The notes beneath the pieces were generated by a model. The model was not told the origin of the DNA. It saw only the letters and a list, made by a program, of their open reading frames with translations, and searched no databases. From positions 124,001 to 188,000 of IMG/VR virus record IMGVR_UViG_3300047445_000186: a stretch of DNA of 64,000 bases. One strand, 5' to 3'. Below, in pieces: positions 10,258 through 19,936 of this stretch (the stretch's first letter is position 1; each line of letters starts with the position of its first letter). The position numbers and the translations under genes are program-made.

Positions 10258-10914
10258 ATGATTTTGTTTGGTTTGGGGCTCCTCGAGCTCGCGTTTCTGG
10301 GTGTGTTCTTTCTGCTCCTGATCATTGGTGCAGCACTGGACCGTCGCGGTGAATCTTCACCGAAGTGGTGGGTCACTGGTATCGGTGGTGTCGTGATCGC
10401 TGCATACTTCTGGAAGGACTTCACGCTCGCCACCCTCTGGGCTGACGTTCAAACGTTCGCATTCTGGAAGCCATTCGCGCTGTACCTGATCGCTGGTGTT
10501 CTGTACTCCGTGGTCGAATTCGCGCTGAACGTGAAGCGTGCTCGTACATTCCTCGGTGATGCATGGAGTTCGGCTCTGAAGAGCGCCGAATCGAAGCTGA
10601 AGGTCGATGAGTTGACGGACGCAGAAGCAACTGGTCGGAAGCAGGCATTCGTTGCACGCTTCCTGGGCGACAATCGTCGTGCTCACGAGATCGTTGCAGT
10701 CACGTCGAACGATGGTCTGACGATCGAACCAGTCGTGAACAAGAAGGTCCTCGCTGATCACATCTCTGCATGGACCCTGTTCTGGCCGTTCTACCTGATC
10801 GCACTGGTCGTTGGTGATCTGTTCGTCGAGATCTTCAACCTGATCGCTGAACTGTTCCACTCGCTGTCGGCACGGATCGTGAAGCTCTCGTTCGGAAATC
10901 TGTTCAAGTTCTGA
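10258..10914 (+). CDS. Integral membrane protein
   Basis: Several hydrophobic helices; SD AAGGA. Confidence 0.7.
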   Translation: MILFGLGLLELAFLGVFFLLLIIGAALDRRGESSPKWWVTGIGGVVIAAYFWKDFTLATLWADVQTFAFWKPFALYLIAGVLYSVVEFALNVKRARTFLGDAWSSALKSAESKLKVDELTDAEATGRKQAFVARFLGDNRRAHEIVAVTSNDGLTIEPVVNKKVLADHISAWTLFWPFYLIALVVGDLFVEIFNLIAELFHSLSARIVKLSFGNLFKF

Positions 10915-11255
10915 TGTCCGCTCAGTACTACGTCTATCGAAATCTGCGAATTGAGAATACGTTCTCCGTAAGATTTCGTGGACGAGTAGTTGATCGCCTC
11001 ACTGACTTCGTCGCGCGTAATGTGCGATTCCAAGTCAGTGAGGTTGGTCGGCTTCGAGTCCTACGGGAAAGGCAGAAGAATGTTCACGCGTTCGTTCGGG
11101 CGCGAGAATACGAGCCTTTCGAATTCAATGGATCTGGAATGAAGCAGATCTCATACAACCCATACAGAGCCAGCACGTTCATGTGCGATGGGGAACCAAT
11201 CATGAAGGCAGACGTCGTTCTCTTTCGTGGAGGAAAGTGCTACCTAGTAGAATGA
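10914..11255 (+). CDS. Conserved hypothetical phage protein
   Basis: VYRNL..FSVR..GRLRVLRERQKNVHAFV..YNPY. Confidence 0.65.
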   Translation: MSAQYYVYRNLRIENTFSVRFRGRVVDRLTDFVARNVRFQVSEVGRLRVLRERQKNVHAFVRAREYEPFEFNGSGMKQISYNPYRASTFMCDGEPIMKADVVLFRGGKCYLVE

Positions 11256-12211
11256 AAAACATAATCAAGACATTTGAGCCGAACACGAAGGGGAGAGACT
11301 TCGTGATCGGTGATTTGCATGGTGCAATCTCTTGCCTGCGCAATCTAATGAAGAATCTGAACTTCGACCCTGCGGTCGATCGGATGTTTTCAGTTGGGGA
11401 CCTTGTTGATCGTGGTGAAGACAGCTTGGCCTGCCTTCGTCTCCTTCGCGAGCCGTGGTTCTGTGCTGTTCTGGCGAACCACGAGCAGATGATGTACGAG
11501 GCGTTCAACGGTGGTTGGATGGGATCGTACTGGTACCAGAACGGCGGTGGGTGGGGGTACAACTCTGCCTTGTTCGCCGATGCACTCAAGAAGCGCGATA
11601 GGGACCCCGAGTACCCCCTGCCTGCAATGACTGATGAGGACTATGAACTCATTGATCTATTGCCCCTGGTGGAGGAGATGCCATTCCTGATCACGATCAA
11701 TATGACCGATGGTCGGAAGTTCCACGTGCTTCATGCTGAGCTGCCGCCAGGTCACATTGGTCTGACGGACTCGGATCTGAGCTCGCCAGGTCGAGTGAAG
11801 GAGCTCGCAACGATTCAAGCCGGTGACGGTGACGCGTTCATGTGGAGTCGGTTCATCTTCGGCCCGTTCAACGGTGCGAATCTGATTGATCAGCGTAACA
11901 AGGTCATTCGAACTGTGCAGTTCCGATTCAAGGGTTCGACAGGTCCGTTCAATGATAAGCTCTCGCACATTATCAGCGGGCACACGATCATGCGCGCTCC
12001 GTTCACCCTGTTCGGACAGACGAACATCGACACGTGCGCGTACGCGACTGGTGACAAGGAACCGCCGAAGTACGCGGCCCTGACATGCGTGGAACTTGGA
12101 AGCTGGTCGTTCTATCAGGCAACCCCGACCACGTTCAGAACTGTGGAGCCGTTCGTCGTAAATACCGACGTAATCAATTCTCTGAAAGAACCAAATGAAG
12201 CTCCTCTCTGA
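11252..12211 (+). CDS. Metallophosphoesterase, NinI/PphA-like Ser/Thr protein phosphatase
   Basis: GDLHG, GDLVDRG, NHE, GHT motifs. Confidence 0.88.
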   Translation: MKNIIKTFEPNTKGRDFVIGDLHGAISCLRNLMKNLNFDPAVDRMFSVGDLVDRGEDSLACLRLLREPWFCAVLANHEQMMYEAFNGGWMGSYWYQNGGGWGYNSALFADALKKRDRDPEYPLPAMTDEDYELIDLLPLVEEMPFLITINMTDGRKFHVLHAELPPGHIGLTDSDLSSPGRVKELATIQAGDGDAFMWSRFIFGPFNGANLIDQRNKVIRTVQFRFKGSTGPFNDKLSHIISGHTIMRAPFTLFGQTNIDTCAYATGDKEPPKYAALTCVELGSWSFYQATPTTFRTVEPFVVNTDVINSLKEPNEAPL

Positions 12212-12389
12212 AGCTACTGTTGACACGCAATTCACTGCTCTGATGGACAAAATCCAGCAAGCGATCATCAAGCTCGAGGGCTTCGTTGGCGAAGATTTCG
12301 TTCCGCTGAACTCGCAAGTTCTGATGGTCGAAGTTGCTGGTGAAGATCTGTCGAAGCTCGCAAAGAAGCTGAAGGCGCAGCGCGGATAA
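12195..12389 (+). CDS. Small late protein (possible head-internal)
   Basis: TAAATA at 12159; MKLLSEA N-terminus. Confidence 0.55.
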   Translation: MKLLSEATVDTQFTALMDKIQQAIIKLEGFVGEDFVPLNSQVLMVEVAGEDLSKLAKKLKAQRG

Positions 12390-12595
12390 TGACCAAGGAA
12401 CTTCGGTTCCCCTGCTCACCTGAACAAGAGGACGTGATTGCTGATCACGTCCTTTTAGGGACTGAGCTTGGGATGCAACCAGATGAACGCGCCTGGATTC
12501 TGAGTCACGCCAGAAAAGTGTATCCAGAAGGCAAGGTTACAGCGGCCGATCTCGATATCGAGAATGGTCAGTGGGTCGTGCAGATTCAATCGTAA
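12389..12595 (+). CDS. Hypothetical protein
   Basis: TAATG coupling. Confidence 0.55.
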   Translation: MTKELRFPCSPEQEDVIADHVLLGTELGMQPDERAWILSHARKVYPEGKVTAADLDIENGQWVVQIQS

Positions 12596-12645
12596 CCAAG
12601 ATCCCTGGACGGCCACTTCCACTCAAATCTTACAATAGCTTTATC

Positions 12646-12810
12646 ATGTCGAAACAACCGCGTACTACCAAGATCAAGCTCCCTAAAGAGCGAAATCAAA
12701 AGCTGCACCAAGATCTTCTTGGCTGCAAGGGTGGTCGTATGCGTGACAAGAAACGTGAAGCTCAGCAAACCCCAGATCGCCGCATTGACGGCGACACTTT
12801 AACTTTTTGA
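12646..12810 (+). CDS. Small basic hypothetical protein
   Basis: TACAAT upstream; MSKQPRTTKIKLPKERN. Confidence 0.45.
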   Translation: MSKQPRTTKIKLPKERNQKLHQDLLGCKGGRMRDKKREAQQTPDRRIDGDTLTF

Positions 12811-12818
12811 TTCTTTAC

Positions 12819-13217
12819 ATGCTTCCCATTCTCGCTCTCGAAGACCTGACCTCTGACGCCACGATCCTGTTCACGCGTGCATTGCTGAACAAGGAAGTGT
12901 CCTGCTTTGGAGAAGACGGAAATGGTCTTCATGGCACGAACGACCGTGCAAAGTTCTTCACGGTCGATAGCCTCCGCGTTATCATCAACGAAGACATCGA
13001 TGAAAACCTGACCGGCATTCTGCAGTTCCATCTGGATGGTTATCACGAAGCACAGTGCGGTGCTGCCGTGACGGACAACAATCTCCGCATTTCCCTGAAC
13101 AAACTGTTCGCAGCCGAGATCATCGACTCCAAAGACTGGTCTTGGGCTCCTCTGAAAGATCAAGGTGACGAATTCGTCGCGATCAATTTCGACGTCTATA
13201 AAGTCCTGGGCTGGTAA
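12819..13217 (+). CDS. Hypothetical acidic protein
   Basis: ORF track. Confidence 0.55.
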   Translation: MLPILALEDLTSDATILFTRALLNKEVSCFGEDGNGLHGTNDRAKFFTVDSLRVIINEDIDENLTGILQFHLDGYHEAQCGAAVTDNNLRISLNKLFAAEIIDSKDWSWAPLKDQGDEFVAINFDVYKVLGW

Positions 13218-13397
13218 GCTCTTTTGCAAGCACGATTGGTGCTTCATTGGTCTGACGTACGAACCTTTGGACAAGCCTGAACTTCACGTTCACGTTTGTT
13301 CAAGGTGCCGGAAAGTGAGTACGGTCGAGATCCCGAATTCGGAGTCCCGTCCTCGCTCCTAAGTCAGTACAATCACAGAACTTTTGGAGAATAAGAA

Positions 13398-13961
13398 ATG
13401 TTGATTCACGGTAAGAACCTGTTCCCTCTGGAACGCGCCATTCACGGCATCAAGATCGGCTACTTCATGGACGCCGCTGGAAATGTGTACAGCACCAGGA
13501 CCGGGAACACGCTGAAGCAGCTCAGCGGTTCGTACACGAACAGCGGCCGATACTTCTCGCTGACGCGGGTGAACGGTTCGCGGTACAGCCCGTCGATCTC
13601 TCGCCATGCCACGCTTCTGGTCGCCGATGCAAAGGCGCACAAGGACTTCGTGAAAGAAACCTCGGTTCCCGCCTGGCCGACCGAGCCGACCGCTTCCGTT
13701 CAACCGCACAAGAAAGTCATGATCATTCCGACCGCTCGCAATCACGCCGCCAATGTGCATGCTGGTATCGCCTCCAAGGGCTGGCTGATCGGCCAAGTCG
13801 TTGGCGAAGCGATCATCTTCGGCTCGAAGCCGACGGTGCACACGACCGATGACAGCGTACTGAACGAACTCCGCCGTCTCGCTTCGAAGAAGCCTGGTAC
13901 GAAGTTCGTGAAGCTCAAGATCGAGTCGGCCCTGACCCTCGGCGCCGAAGTCTGGGAATGA
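13398..13961 (+). CDS. Hypothetical protein
   Basis: SD GGAGA; TACAAT promoter upstream. Confidence 0.65.
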   Translation: MLIHGKNLFPLERAIHGIKIGYFMDAAGNVYSTRTGNTLKQLSGSYTNSGRYFSLTRVNGSRYSPSISRHATLLVADAKAHKDFVKETSVPAWPTEPTASVQPHKKVMIIPTARNHAANVHAGIASKGWLIGQVVGEAIIFGSKPTVHTTDDSVLNELRRLASKKPGTKFVKLKIESALTLGAEVWE

Positions 13962-14143
13962 CCACGTTCGAAATCGTTATCGCAGTGGCCGTGATCTGCG
14001 TGGTCTGGTCATGCGCAAGCGTGTACTGGGTGGTCACGAAGATGGTTCGACGAGGCGGCAAGAAGGACGCAACGACCGACGCGATCATGATGATCCCGAT
14101 TCTGATCTTTCTCTGGATCGCGCAACTGGCGCGGCGGCGCTGA
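13958..14143 (+). CDS. Small two-helix membrane protein
   Basis: Two hydrophobic segments; ATGA coupling. Confidence 0.55.
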   Translation: MTTFEIVIAVAVICVVWSCASVYWVVTKMVRRGGKKDATTDAIMMIPILIFLWIAQLARRR

Positions 14144-14235
14144 ACCTGGAATTATTACAGGTTTATTTCGGTCCTGGCCCTGTAGTCCTAAGACTACAGG
14201 TTAGAATACCCTATCTTCACCGCAGTTGAGGCCTC

Positions 14236-15330
14236 ATGAAAGTTTACTTAGTTGGTGGCGCAGTTCGTGATAAGTTGATGGGACTTCAGCCGAAGGACCG
14301 AGATTGGGTTGTGGTTGGCGCCACTGAAGCCGATGTTCAGAAAATGTTGGCGGATGGTTACACGCAAGTGGGGGCAGACTTTCCGGTCTTCCTCCACCCA
14401 GAGACGAATGAAGAGTACGCGCTTGCTCGCGTTGAACGCAAGAACGGCGTTGGGTACCACGGTTTCACCGTGCAAGCCGATGCATCCGTGACGATCGAAG
14501 AAGACCTGGCCAGACGCGATCTGACCGTGAACTCGATGGCCATGGACGACGATGGCAAGATCATCGATCCTTTCGGGGGTCTCCGGGATTTGCGAAATGG
14601 CGTTCTGCGGCACACGACCGAGGCATTCGCTGAAGATCCTCTTCGCGTTCTTCGCCTTGCTCGCTTCGCTGCTCGACTCCCTGCATGGCGCGTCGACGAA
14701 AGCACGAAAGCGCTCTGTTGGAAGCTCGCGTCTGAAGGTGAGCTGAATCACCTCTCGATCGAACGGATCTGGGCCGAGTTGGAGAAGGGATTCGCCGCGA
14801 AGAACCCAGGCCGCATGCTCGAAGTTCTCGAGCGGACTGGTGCTCTCCTGTTCTGCGACACTCTGTCGGCCGTGTTCGGCCCTGGTCTCGAAGACTCGGC
14901 GTTCAAGGTCTTGAACACCTTGGCTGCGGTGCCCCAGGAGAAACGATTCGCGGCCTGTGTAGGAGCTATCGCTCTTCCAGACAGTGATCTCCCGGGCGCA
15001 TCGGCACGTGTCCGTGAGTGCCTGAAGAACGTGACTGCCCTGAGGAACGCGAAGTTCACGTGCCACGATCTGGCCGAGGTCTTGAAGCGCTCTCGTGCTC
15101 TTGGCGAAGGTCCAGCGTTCAGCGACTTCTTGTCGGCAGTCGTTGCGATCGAGAGTGCTGGAACTCGACTGCCGTTCTCGATGAAGCAGCTCGCCTTGGC
15201 CGCGCACATCATGAAGGGCGTGAAAGCGATCCAGTTCCCTGGTATCGTCGGGAAAGCTCTCGGTCAGGCGATCGAGAACCAGCGAGTCCAGAACCTCCAA
15301 CAAGGCTTGAACATCCCGATCAACGTGTAA
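14236..15330 (+). CDS. cca: tRNA nucleotidyltransferase (class II CCA-adding enzyme)
   Basis: YLVGGAVRD, DRDWVVVG, EEYALAR, DLARRDLTVN, EDPLRVLRLARFAAR. Confidence 0.95.
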   Translation: MKVYLVGGAVRDKLMGLQPKDRDWVVVGATEADVQKMLADGYTQVGADFPVFLHPETNEEYALARVERKNGVGYHGFTVQADASVTIEEDLARRDLTVNSMAMDDDGKIIDPFGGLRDLRNGVLRHTTEAFAEDPLRVLRLARFAARLPAWRVDESTKALCWKLASEGELNHLSIERIWAELEKGFAAKNPGRMLEVLERTGALLFCDTLSAVFGPGLEDSAFKVLNTLAAVPQEKRFAACVGAIALPDSDLPGASARVRECLKNVTALRNAKFTCHDLAEVLKRSRALGEGPAFSDFLSAVVAIESAGTRLPFSMKQLALAAHIMKGVKAIQFPGIVGKALGQAIENQRVQNLQQGLNIPINV

Positions 15331-15386
15331 TTCTCGATTGGCGTGACGTTACAATAACCTTTTGCTTCAAACACATTAGGAAATAA

Positions 15387-15620
15387 ATGTCACGTCAATC
15401 GAAGAACGCGAAGAACATTGCCCGCCGGAAGATGTACACGGCAATGCACCTCAAGGGTGAAAAGGGCCCGTCGCGTACCACGCCGCTGCATGGCAAGCGT
15501 TGGACCTATCGCTCGAACCCAGAGGTTGCGAAGCGAAATGCTGAAGCCGCAAAGGCTGCAGCGCCGCAAGCTCGAGGCGGCAAGAAGATTCTCGAAGGCG
15601 CCGGCTCCGCAGCCGCGTAA
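15387..15620 (+). CDS. Small basic protein
   Basis: SD AGGA; own TACAAT promoter. Confidence 0.6.
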   Translation: MSRQSKNAKNIARRKMYTAMHLKGEKGPSRTTPLHGKRWTYRSNPEVAKRNAEAAKAAAPQARGGKKILEGAGSAAA

Positions 15621-16123
15621 TGGGAACGCCGAGCTCAGCTCGGTTCTTCAACGTCTTTCTTGACAGCGACGGTCCAGTCGCTGAGTTCGACAAGTCGTTG
15701 GCGGAATCGGGCCTCCACGCTGAAGAATTCAAGATGCTTCCAGGGATTTATCTCTGGCTTGACATCACTCCTGGCGCTGAGACCGCGATCGAGACTTTGA
15801 AAGCTCTCGATGATGCTGGTCTGATTCGCGTCTGGATTCTGACGAAGACCCCAAGCAACTCGCCGTACGCGTACACCGAAAAGGTTCTGTGGTACCGCAA
15901 GAAATTCCCATGGCTTGAAGATCGCGTGATCATCACGCACGACAAGCACTTGATGGGCGGGCCTGGCGATTACCTGCTTGATGATCGGCCGCACAAGGCG
16001 AATGCCGATAAGTTCAAGGGGAACTTCGTGTACTTCGATCCAATGCTGCCGCGCACCTGCTGGGAAGACTTCATTGTCTTGATCTGCAAAGATCTAGAGG
16101 CACGTGGAGTTGAACATGGTTGA
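15620..16123 (+). CDS. 5'(3')-deoxyribonucleotidase-like HAD protein (NT5C)
   Basis: FLDSDG, EKVLW, LLDDRP. Confidence 0.8.
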   Translation: MGTPSSARFFNVFLDSDGPVAEFDKSLAESGLHAEEFKMLPGIYLWLDITPGAETAIETLKALDDAGLIRVWILTKTPSNSPYAYTEKVLWYRKKFPWLEDRVIITHDKHLMGGPGDYLLDDRPHKANADKFKGNFVYFDPMLPRTCWEDFIVLICKDLEARGVEHG

Positions 16124-16310
16124 CCTGTTTGGTGGCCGCCCGATGAGGTTCGTGCGACATGCTTTCGTGGATGTCGTTTCCGGCGCGACTGTGAACTACT
16201 ACATCGATCGGAACGGCAAGCACTGGTTGGCATGCGGGCCTTGGTCCCTGTTCAGGATCGAAACGGCGCATTCTTCGCGGGAATTTTTCCAGCAAGAAAA
16301 TCGGCGCTGA
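16116..16310 (+). CDS. Hypothetical protein
   Basis: SD GGAG; overlaps end of upstream gene. Confidence 0.5.
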   Translation: MVDLFGGRPMRFVRHAFVDVVSGATVNYYIDRNGKHWLACGPWSLFRIETAHSSREFFQQENRR

Positions 16311-16554
16311 AAATTCCGCATGTCAGAATTTTGGCTAGGCTTTGTCGTTGGTGCGGTGGCTGTCATAACACCACCGTTCCTCGTGTACGAGTGCCTTCGC
16401 AGGATCAAGCGAGCGAATCCAAACATGTGAATTAGTTAACACTTTCGCACCTTGCTCATCCCGCGTTACACAATCCACGTGTATCTTGTTGTACAATCAC
16501 CTATCAGCACAATGATGTGGTGAAATTAGTTCAACAACGAAAAAGGTTTTGTAA

Positions 16555-17412
16555 GTGAAAAAGATTCTTTTGGCAGTCGCTCTGACCCTGAGCATGGGCC
16601 TCGCATTCGCAGGCAACGGCCATGGCAATGATAAGACCCCGACGATCGGGAACAACGGCGGCGGGAACGGTGGTTGCGGTGTCGGCCAGCAGACGAATGG
16701 TTGTGGTAACACCGTCCCGCCAGTTGTGGTGCCTCCAGTTGTGGTGCCTCCAGTTGTGGTGCCTCCAGTTGTGGTGCCTCCAGTTGGCAACGGTGGTCAC
16801 AACGGCCATGGCGGCGGCGGTCACGCGCACTCCCATGTTCCGCAGCCGCCGATTCTGATCCCTGGTCAGACCGGGCCGCAAGGCATCCCTGGTGTCGGTA
16901 CTCCGGGTGACACAGGAGCGACTGGAGCGACGGGCGCCACTGGTGCGCAAGGCGCCCCTGGTGTCGGCCTCGCTGGTGACACTGGTGCGACCGGAGCCAC
17001 TGGTGCAACGGGTGCTGCTGGTGTCGGCACTCCGGGTGCGGCCGGCGCCGAAGGCAAGGCTGGTGCGAATGCTCCGGATGCAGTCACTGCACAGCAACTC
17101 GACAGCTCGATCGTTGCATCGCAGAAGGTGAACCAAGCGCAGATCAACAGCTTGCGTGAACAGGTCGAGTCGAACGCGAAGGCCGCTTACGCTGGTACCG
17201 CCGCTGCTCTCGCGCTCCAAATGCCTGCTCTGAATCCGAACAAGCCCGATGCCACGACCGTTCGCCTTGGTGTTGGCTCGTACAAGGGTCAGTCCGCCGT
17301 TGGTATCAGCTTCCGTCGCGGCAACAAGGACGGTGACTGGTCGGTCTCGGGCGGTGTGTCTACCACGTCGCAAGGTACTGGCGTTGCAGTCGGAGTCGAG
17401 CACTCGTTCTGA
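16555..17412 (+). CDS. YadA-like trimeric autotransporter adhesin with collagen-like and (PPVVV)n stalk
   Basis: Signal peptide, Gly-X-Y repeats, AYAGTAAALA...GVGSYKGQSAVGIS...C-terminal F anchor. Confidence 0.88.
   Translation: MKKILLAVALTLSMGLAFAGNGHGNDKTPTIGNNGGGNGGCGVGQQTNGCGNTVPPVVVPPVVVPPVVVPPVVVPPVGNGGHNGHGGGGHAHSHVPQPPILIPGQTGPQGIPGVGTPGDTGATGATGATGAQGAPGVGLAGDTGATGATGATGAAGVGTPGAAGAEGKAGANAPDAVTAQQLDSSIVASQKVNQAQINSLREQVESNAKAAYAGTAAALALQMPALNPNKPDATTVRLGVGSYKGQSAVGISFRRGNKDGDWSVSGGVSTTSQGTGVAVGVEHSF
16720..16785 (+). repeat. Perfect 15-bp tandem repeat CCAGTTGTGGTGCCT x4.4
   Basis: Read directly; encodes PVVVP repeats. Confidence 0.95.
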
Positions 17413-17432
17413 TCTGACCTGATCGCTCCCTG

Positions 17433-17458
17433 AAGGCCTGCCTCGTGCAGGCCTTTTT
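17433..17458 (+). terminator. Rho-independent terminator
   Basis: AAGGCCTGC-CTCGT-GCAGGCCTT + TTT. Confidence 0.8.
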
Positions 17459-17512
17459 AGTTTGTCCCATTCGTGGGACGAGGGGGCGTTCAGTTCCGAG
17501 TACAATACGGAT

Positions 17513-17944
17513 ATGGGCATGATTAAGATTTACGCGGGCAAATCAAAGCCCGCAAAGAAGAAACCAGGCTGGAAAGAAGCGGAAGCTGAACACCAGGCCT
17601 GGTTGAAGAGCGTGAACTCGATGTCGAGCGGTTTCCTGAGTGGTATCCAGTCGAAGGGCCGCGGACTTCGTGGAAAGAAGATCGATCCGGTCGTTGTACC
17701 GGTCGCGAATGCACGTGGGGCTGCTCCAGTCGGACGGTCCCTGGCGACACCAGGAGGGTCTACAGGCACACGGTACGTCGCGCCTGAGGTGCTATACAAG
17801 GAAAGTCCGGAGATGCTCCAGCGTGAACTGGCAGCACGAGAACGAAAGTTCAATGCAGCTCCAGCTTACAACAAGGGCGGTGACGTCCTGATGACAGACG
17901 ACATGATGGCCGACATGATGGCAGGAAAGTTACGACGCAGATGA
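17513..17944 (+). CDS. Conserved basic phage protein
   Basis: C-terminal APAYNKGG motif; TACAAT-N6-ATG. Confidence 0.65.
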   Translation: MGMIKIYAGKSKPAKKKPGWKEAEAEHQAWLKSVNSMSSGFLSGIQSKGRGLRGKKIDPVVVPVANARGAAPVGRSLATPGGSTGTRYVAPEVLYKESPEMLQRELAARERKFNAAPAYNKGGDVLMTDDMMADMMAGKLRRR

Positions 17945-18276
17945 CAAATCAAGAATTCGCAAAGCGCCTGATCGAGATCGCTCGTGTTTACGGGTGGTCG
18001 GGCGACTACATCGAGATCAGCGAGTTCGTGCTGTACGTCGCGAACCGATGCGGTGTTCCGACGACGCACGACGATGTTCAGCCATACGAGTTCGAGACTG
18101 ACGCCGAGCTCGATGCATTCGAAGACAAGACTTTCAACGAGGTAAATCATGAAGCTGAACGAACTGGTGAATGTCCAAACGCTGGAAGCTGTGCAGAAAG
18201 CTGTGCAAAACTCCCAGAAGCTGCTGGCCGCGGCGGACTTCTTGGCGGACAACTCACCCGAGGTTCTGGCTGCTGA
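17941..18276 (+). CDS. Hypothetical protein
   Basis: ATGA coupling; 3' end overlaps next gene. Confidence 0.45.
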   Translation: MTNQEFAKRLIEIARVYGWSGDYIEISEFVLYVANRCGVPTTHDDVQPYEFETDAELDAFEDKTFNEVNHEAERTGECPNAGSCAESCAKLPEAAGRGGLLGGQLTRGSGC

Positions 18277-18415
18277 ACAAGCGGTGTACGAGCTATGGAA
18301 AATCGATCCGAAAAAAGCGCAAGCCCTGTGGGAGGAAGCGTTCCCACCTGCCCCGAAGGGTGTGACTCCGTCGTTCATCCACCGGAAGGCGATGTCGGAG
18401 GGCCTTCCGTCCTGA
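18149..18415 (+). CDS. Hypothetical protein (MKLNELV N-terminus)
   Basis: SD GAGG. Confidence 0.55.
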   Translation: MKLNELVNVQTLEAVQKAVQNSQKLLAAADFLADNSPEVLAAEQAVYELWKIDPKKAQALWEEAFPPAPKGVTPSFIHRKAMSEGLPS

Positions 18416-18618
18416 AGACCTTGCGATCGCTGGCAGATGGAGTCTTGAATGGTGATCTGCCAGCGTCAGCAGCGAAGGACATTGCGAAAGAGCGAGTAAA
18501 GGTTTGCGAGTCGTGCGTGCACTTCACGTCGATCAGTCGCCAATGCAGACTCTGCTGGTGCTTCATGGATCTGAAATCGAAGATGCTCTCTGCAACCTGT
18601 CCTGCGAAGAAGTGGTAA
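18295..18618 (+). CDS. Small Cys-rich (Zn-binding) protein; true start probably downstream
   Basis: RVKVCESC...CRLCWCFM...CPAKKW. Confidence 0.55.
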   Translation: MENRSEKSASPVGGSVPTCPEGCDSVVHPPEGDVGGPSVLKTLRSLADGVLNGDLPASAAKDIAKERVKVCESCVHFTSISRQCRLCWCFMDLKSKMLSATCPAKKW

Positions 18619-19139
18619 TGTTTTTCCTCGAGCAGTCAATCACGAAACCTTACTGGGAGCCAACGCAAGAGTACATCTGGCGCAGGATCAGGAATGGAAA
18701 GTACGCTGACGTTGGAAAAACCGGCGTCGTGAAAATTATCGGTGGGAAACAGACTGTGACGTTCGCGATTCACGATCATGGTTTCCCAGTCGCTTGGTTG
18801 TACCTTCGTGCTCGACCCGGTTGGAGGGCTCATGAGGTCCATCAAGCGTTCACGCTGAAGAAGTACCGAGGTCAAGGGCTCGCTCAGAGGTTGTACAAAG
18901 CCGCGATAAACACTGACGGAATTCTTCTTGCAAGCGGTGAAACGCACACGAAGTATTCCGCAGCGCTCTGGAAGAAGTTCATCGCCAAGAAGCAGTTCAA
19001 CATCTGGGCGCATGACTTCAAGAACACGAGATCGACGAGTACAGTCGAGGTAGAGGACGGCGAGATTCAGTGTGCTCTGCCGATCTATTTGTTGTCCGCA
19101 AAATACGACGTTAGATTCGTCGCAGAAAGAAAAAGATGA
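18618..19139 (+). CDS. GNAT-family acetyltransferase
   Basis: KYRGQGLAQRLY acetyl-CoA-binding motif A. Confidence 0.7.
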   Translation: MFFLEQSITKPYWEPTQEYIWRRIRNGKYADVGKTGVVKIIGGKQTVTFAIHDHGFPVAWLYLRARPGWRAHEVHQAFTLKKYRGQGLAQRLYKAAINTDGILLASGETHTKYSAALWKKFIAKKQFNIWAHDFKNTRSTSTVEVEDGEIQCALPIYLLSAKYDVRFVAERKR

Positions 19140-19831
19140 ACTTTGCTCCGCTCCATGTCGGTACCCCGACGTACAACGCAATCGAGACCGTCTCTGGCCG
19201 GTACTTCGACCCGGTGAAACCAGATCCGGCTCAGATCGACATCAATGACATTGCATGGGCTCTGTCCCGTCAAGCTCGATTCGCTGGGCACACGATCGGT
19301 GAACCGTACTACGTTGCTCAGCATTGCCTGCTCGTCGATACGATCGTTGATTACGTGGGCTCGGACGACTCGACTGGAGCTGCGCGGAAATCGCACCGTT
19401 GGTGGTTGGAAGATCGTGGACATAATGTCAGCGATGTTCGGATCAATCACGTGGCAATGGGCGCACTGATGCATGACGCAAGCGAAGCGTACCTGATCGA
19501 TCTGCCATCGCCAATCAAGCGTCATCCTGATCTTCGTGCACCGTACAAGGAGCTCGAGAATCGAGTGCAAGCCGTGATCGCGGAAGCGCTGGAGCTGCCT
19601 GAGCTGAACGAGGCTGAGCTGTGCTCGATTGAATGGGCGGACCTGGTTGCCCTGCAAGTCGAAGCAGTTCACCTGATGCCGTCCCGTGGCCGAGGCTGGG
19701 GCAATGATCTGCCACAGATCACGTTCGACGATCATGCTCTGTTCGAGCAACCCAAGAAGTGGAGAACTGTCCAGACGGAGTTCCTCGCTCGGTATGACAG
19801 AATCAAGACAGACTTGTTCTTGGCAAGGTGA
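19136..19831 (+). CDS. HD-domain phosphohydrolase (YfbR-like 5'-deoxynucleotidase)
   Basis: DIAWALS..RFAGH..VAQH..ALMHDASEAY..DLPSPIK. Confidence 0.85.
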   Translation: MNFAPLHVGTPTYNAIETVSGRYFDPVKPDPAQIDINDIAWALSRQARFAGHTIGEPYYVAQHCLLVDTIVDYVGSDDSTGAARKSHRWWLEDRGHNVSDVRINHVAMGALMHDASEAYLIDLPSPIKRHPDLRAPYKELENRVQAVIAEALELPELNEAELCSIEWADLVALQVEAVHLMPSRGRGWGNDLPQITFDDHALFEQPKKWRTVQTEFLARYDRIKTDLFLAR

Positions 19832-19864
19832 GAGTTATACAGGCATTAGGTGACAGATAGCGTT

Positions 19865-19888
19865 CAGCCTCCTTCGGGAGGCTGTTTT
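19865..19888 (+). terminator. Rho-independent terminator
   Basis: CAGCCTCC-TTCG-GGAGGCTG + TTTT. Confidence 0.85.
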
Positions 19889-19936
19889 GTTTCCGGAACA
19901 CGCTAAATAACGAATCATCTGCCCAGGAGACTTTAG

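Noticed and set aside
13017-13023. Other GGTTATC occurrences (also ~48534) as more Y-like RNAs
   Set aside because: Inside coding sequence, without the CCG-N9 spacing or the enclosing stems
16720-16785. 15-bp repeats as a possible CRISPR array
   Set aside because: Head-to-tail repeats with no spacers, in frame within the adhesin gene; no cas genes in the window
19136-19831. DatZ of a 2-aminoadenine (Z-genome) pathway
   Set aside because: The HD phosphohydrolase is generic and no PurZ is present in this window, so the call cannot be supported
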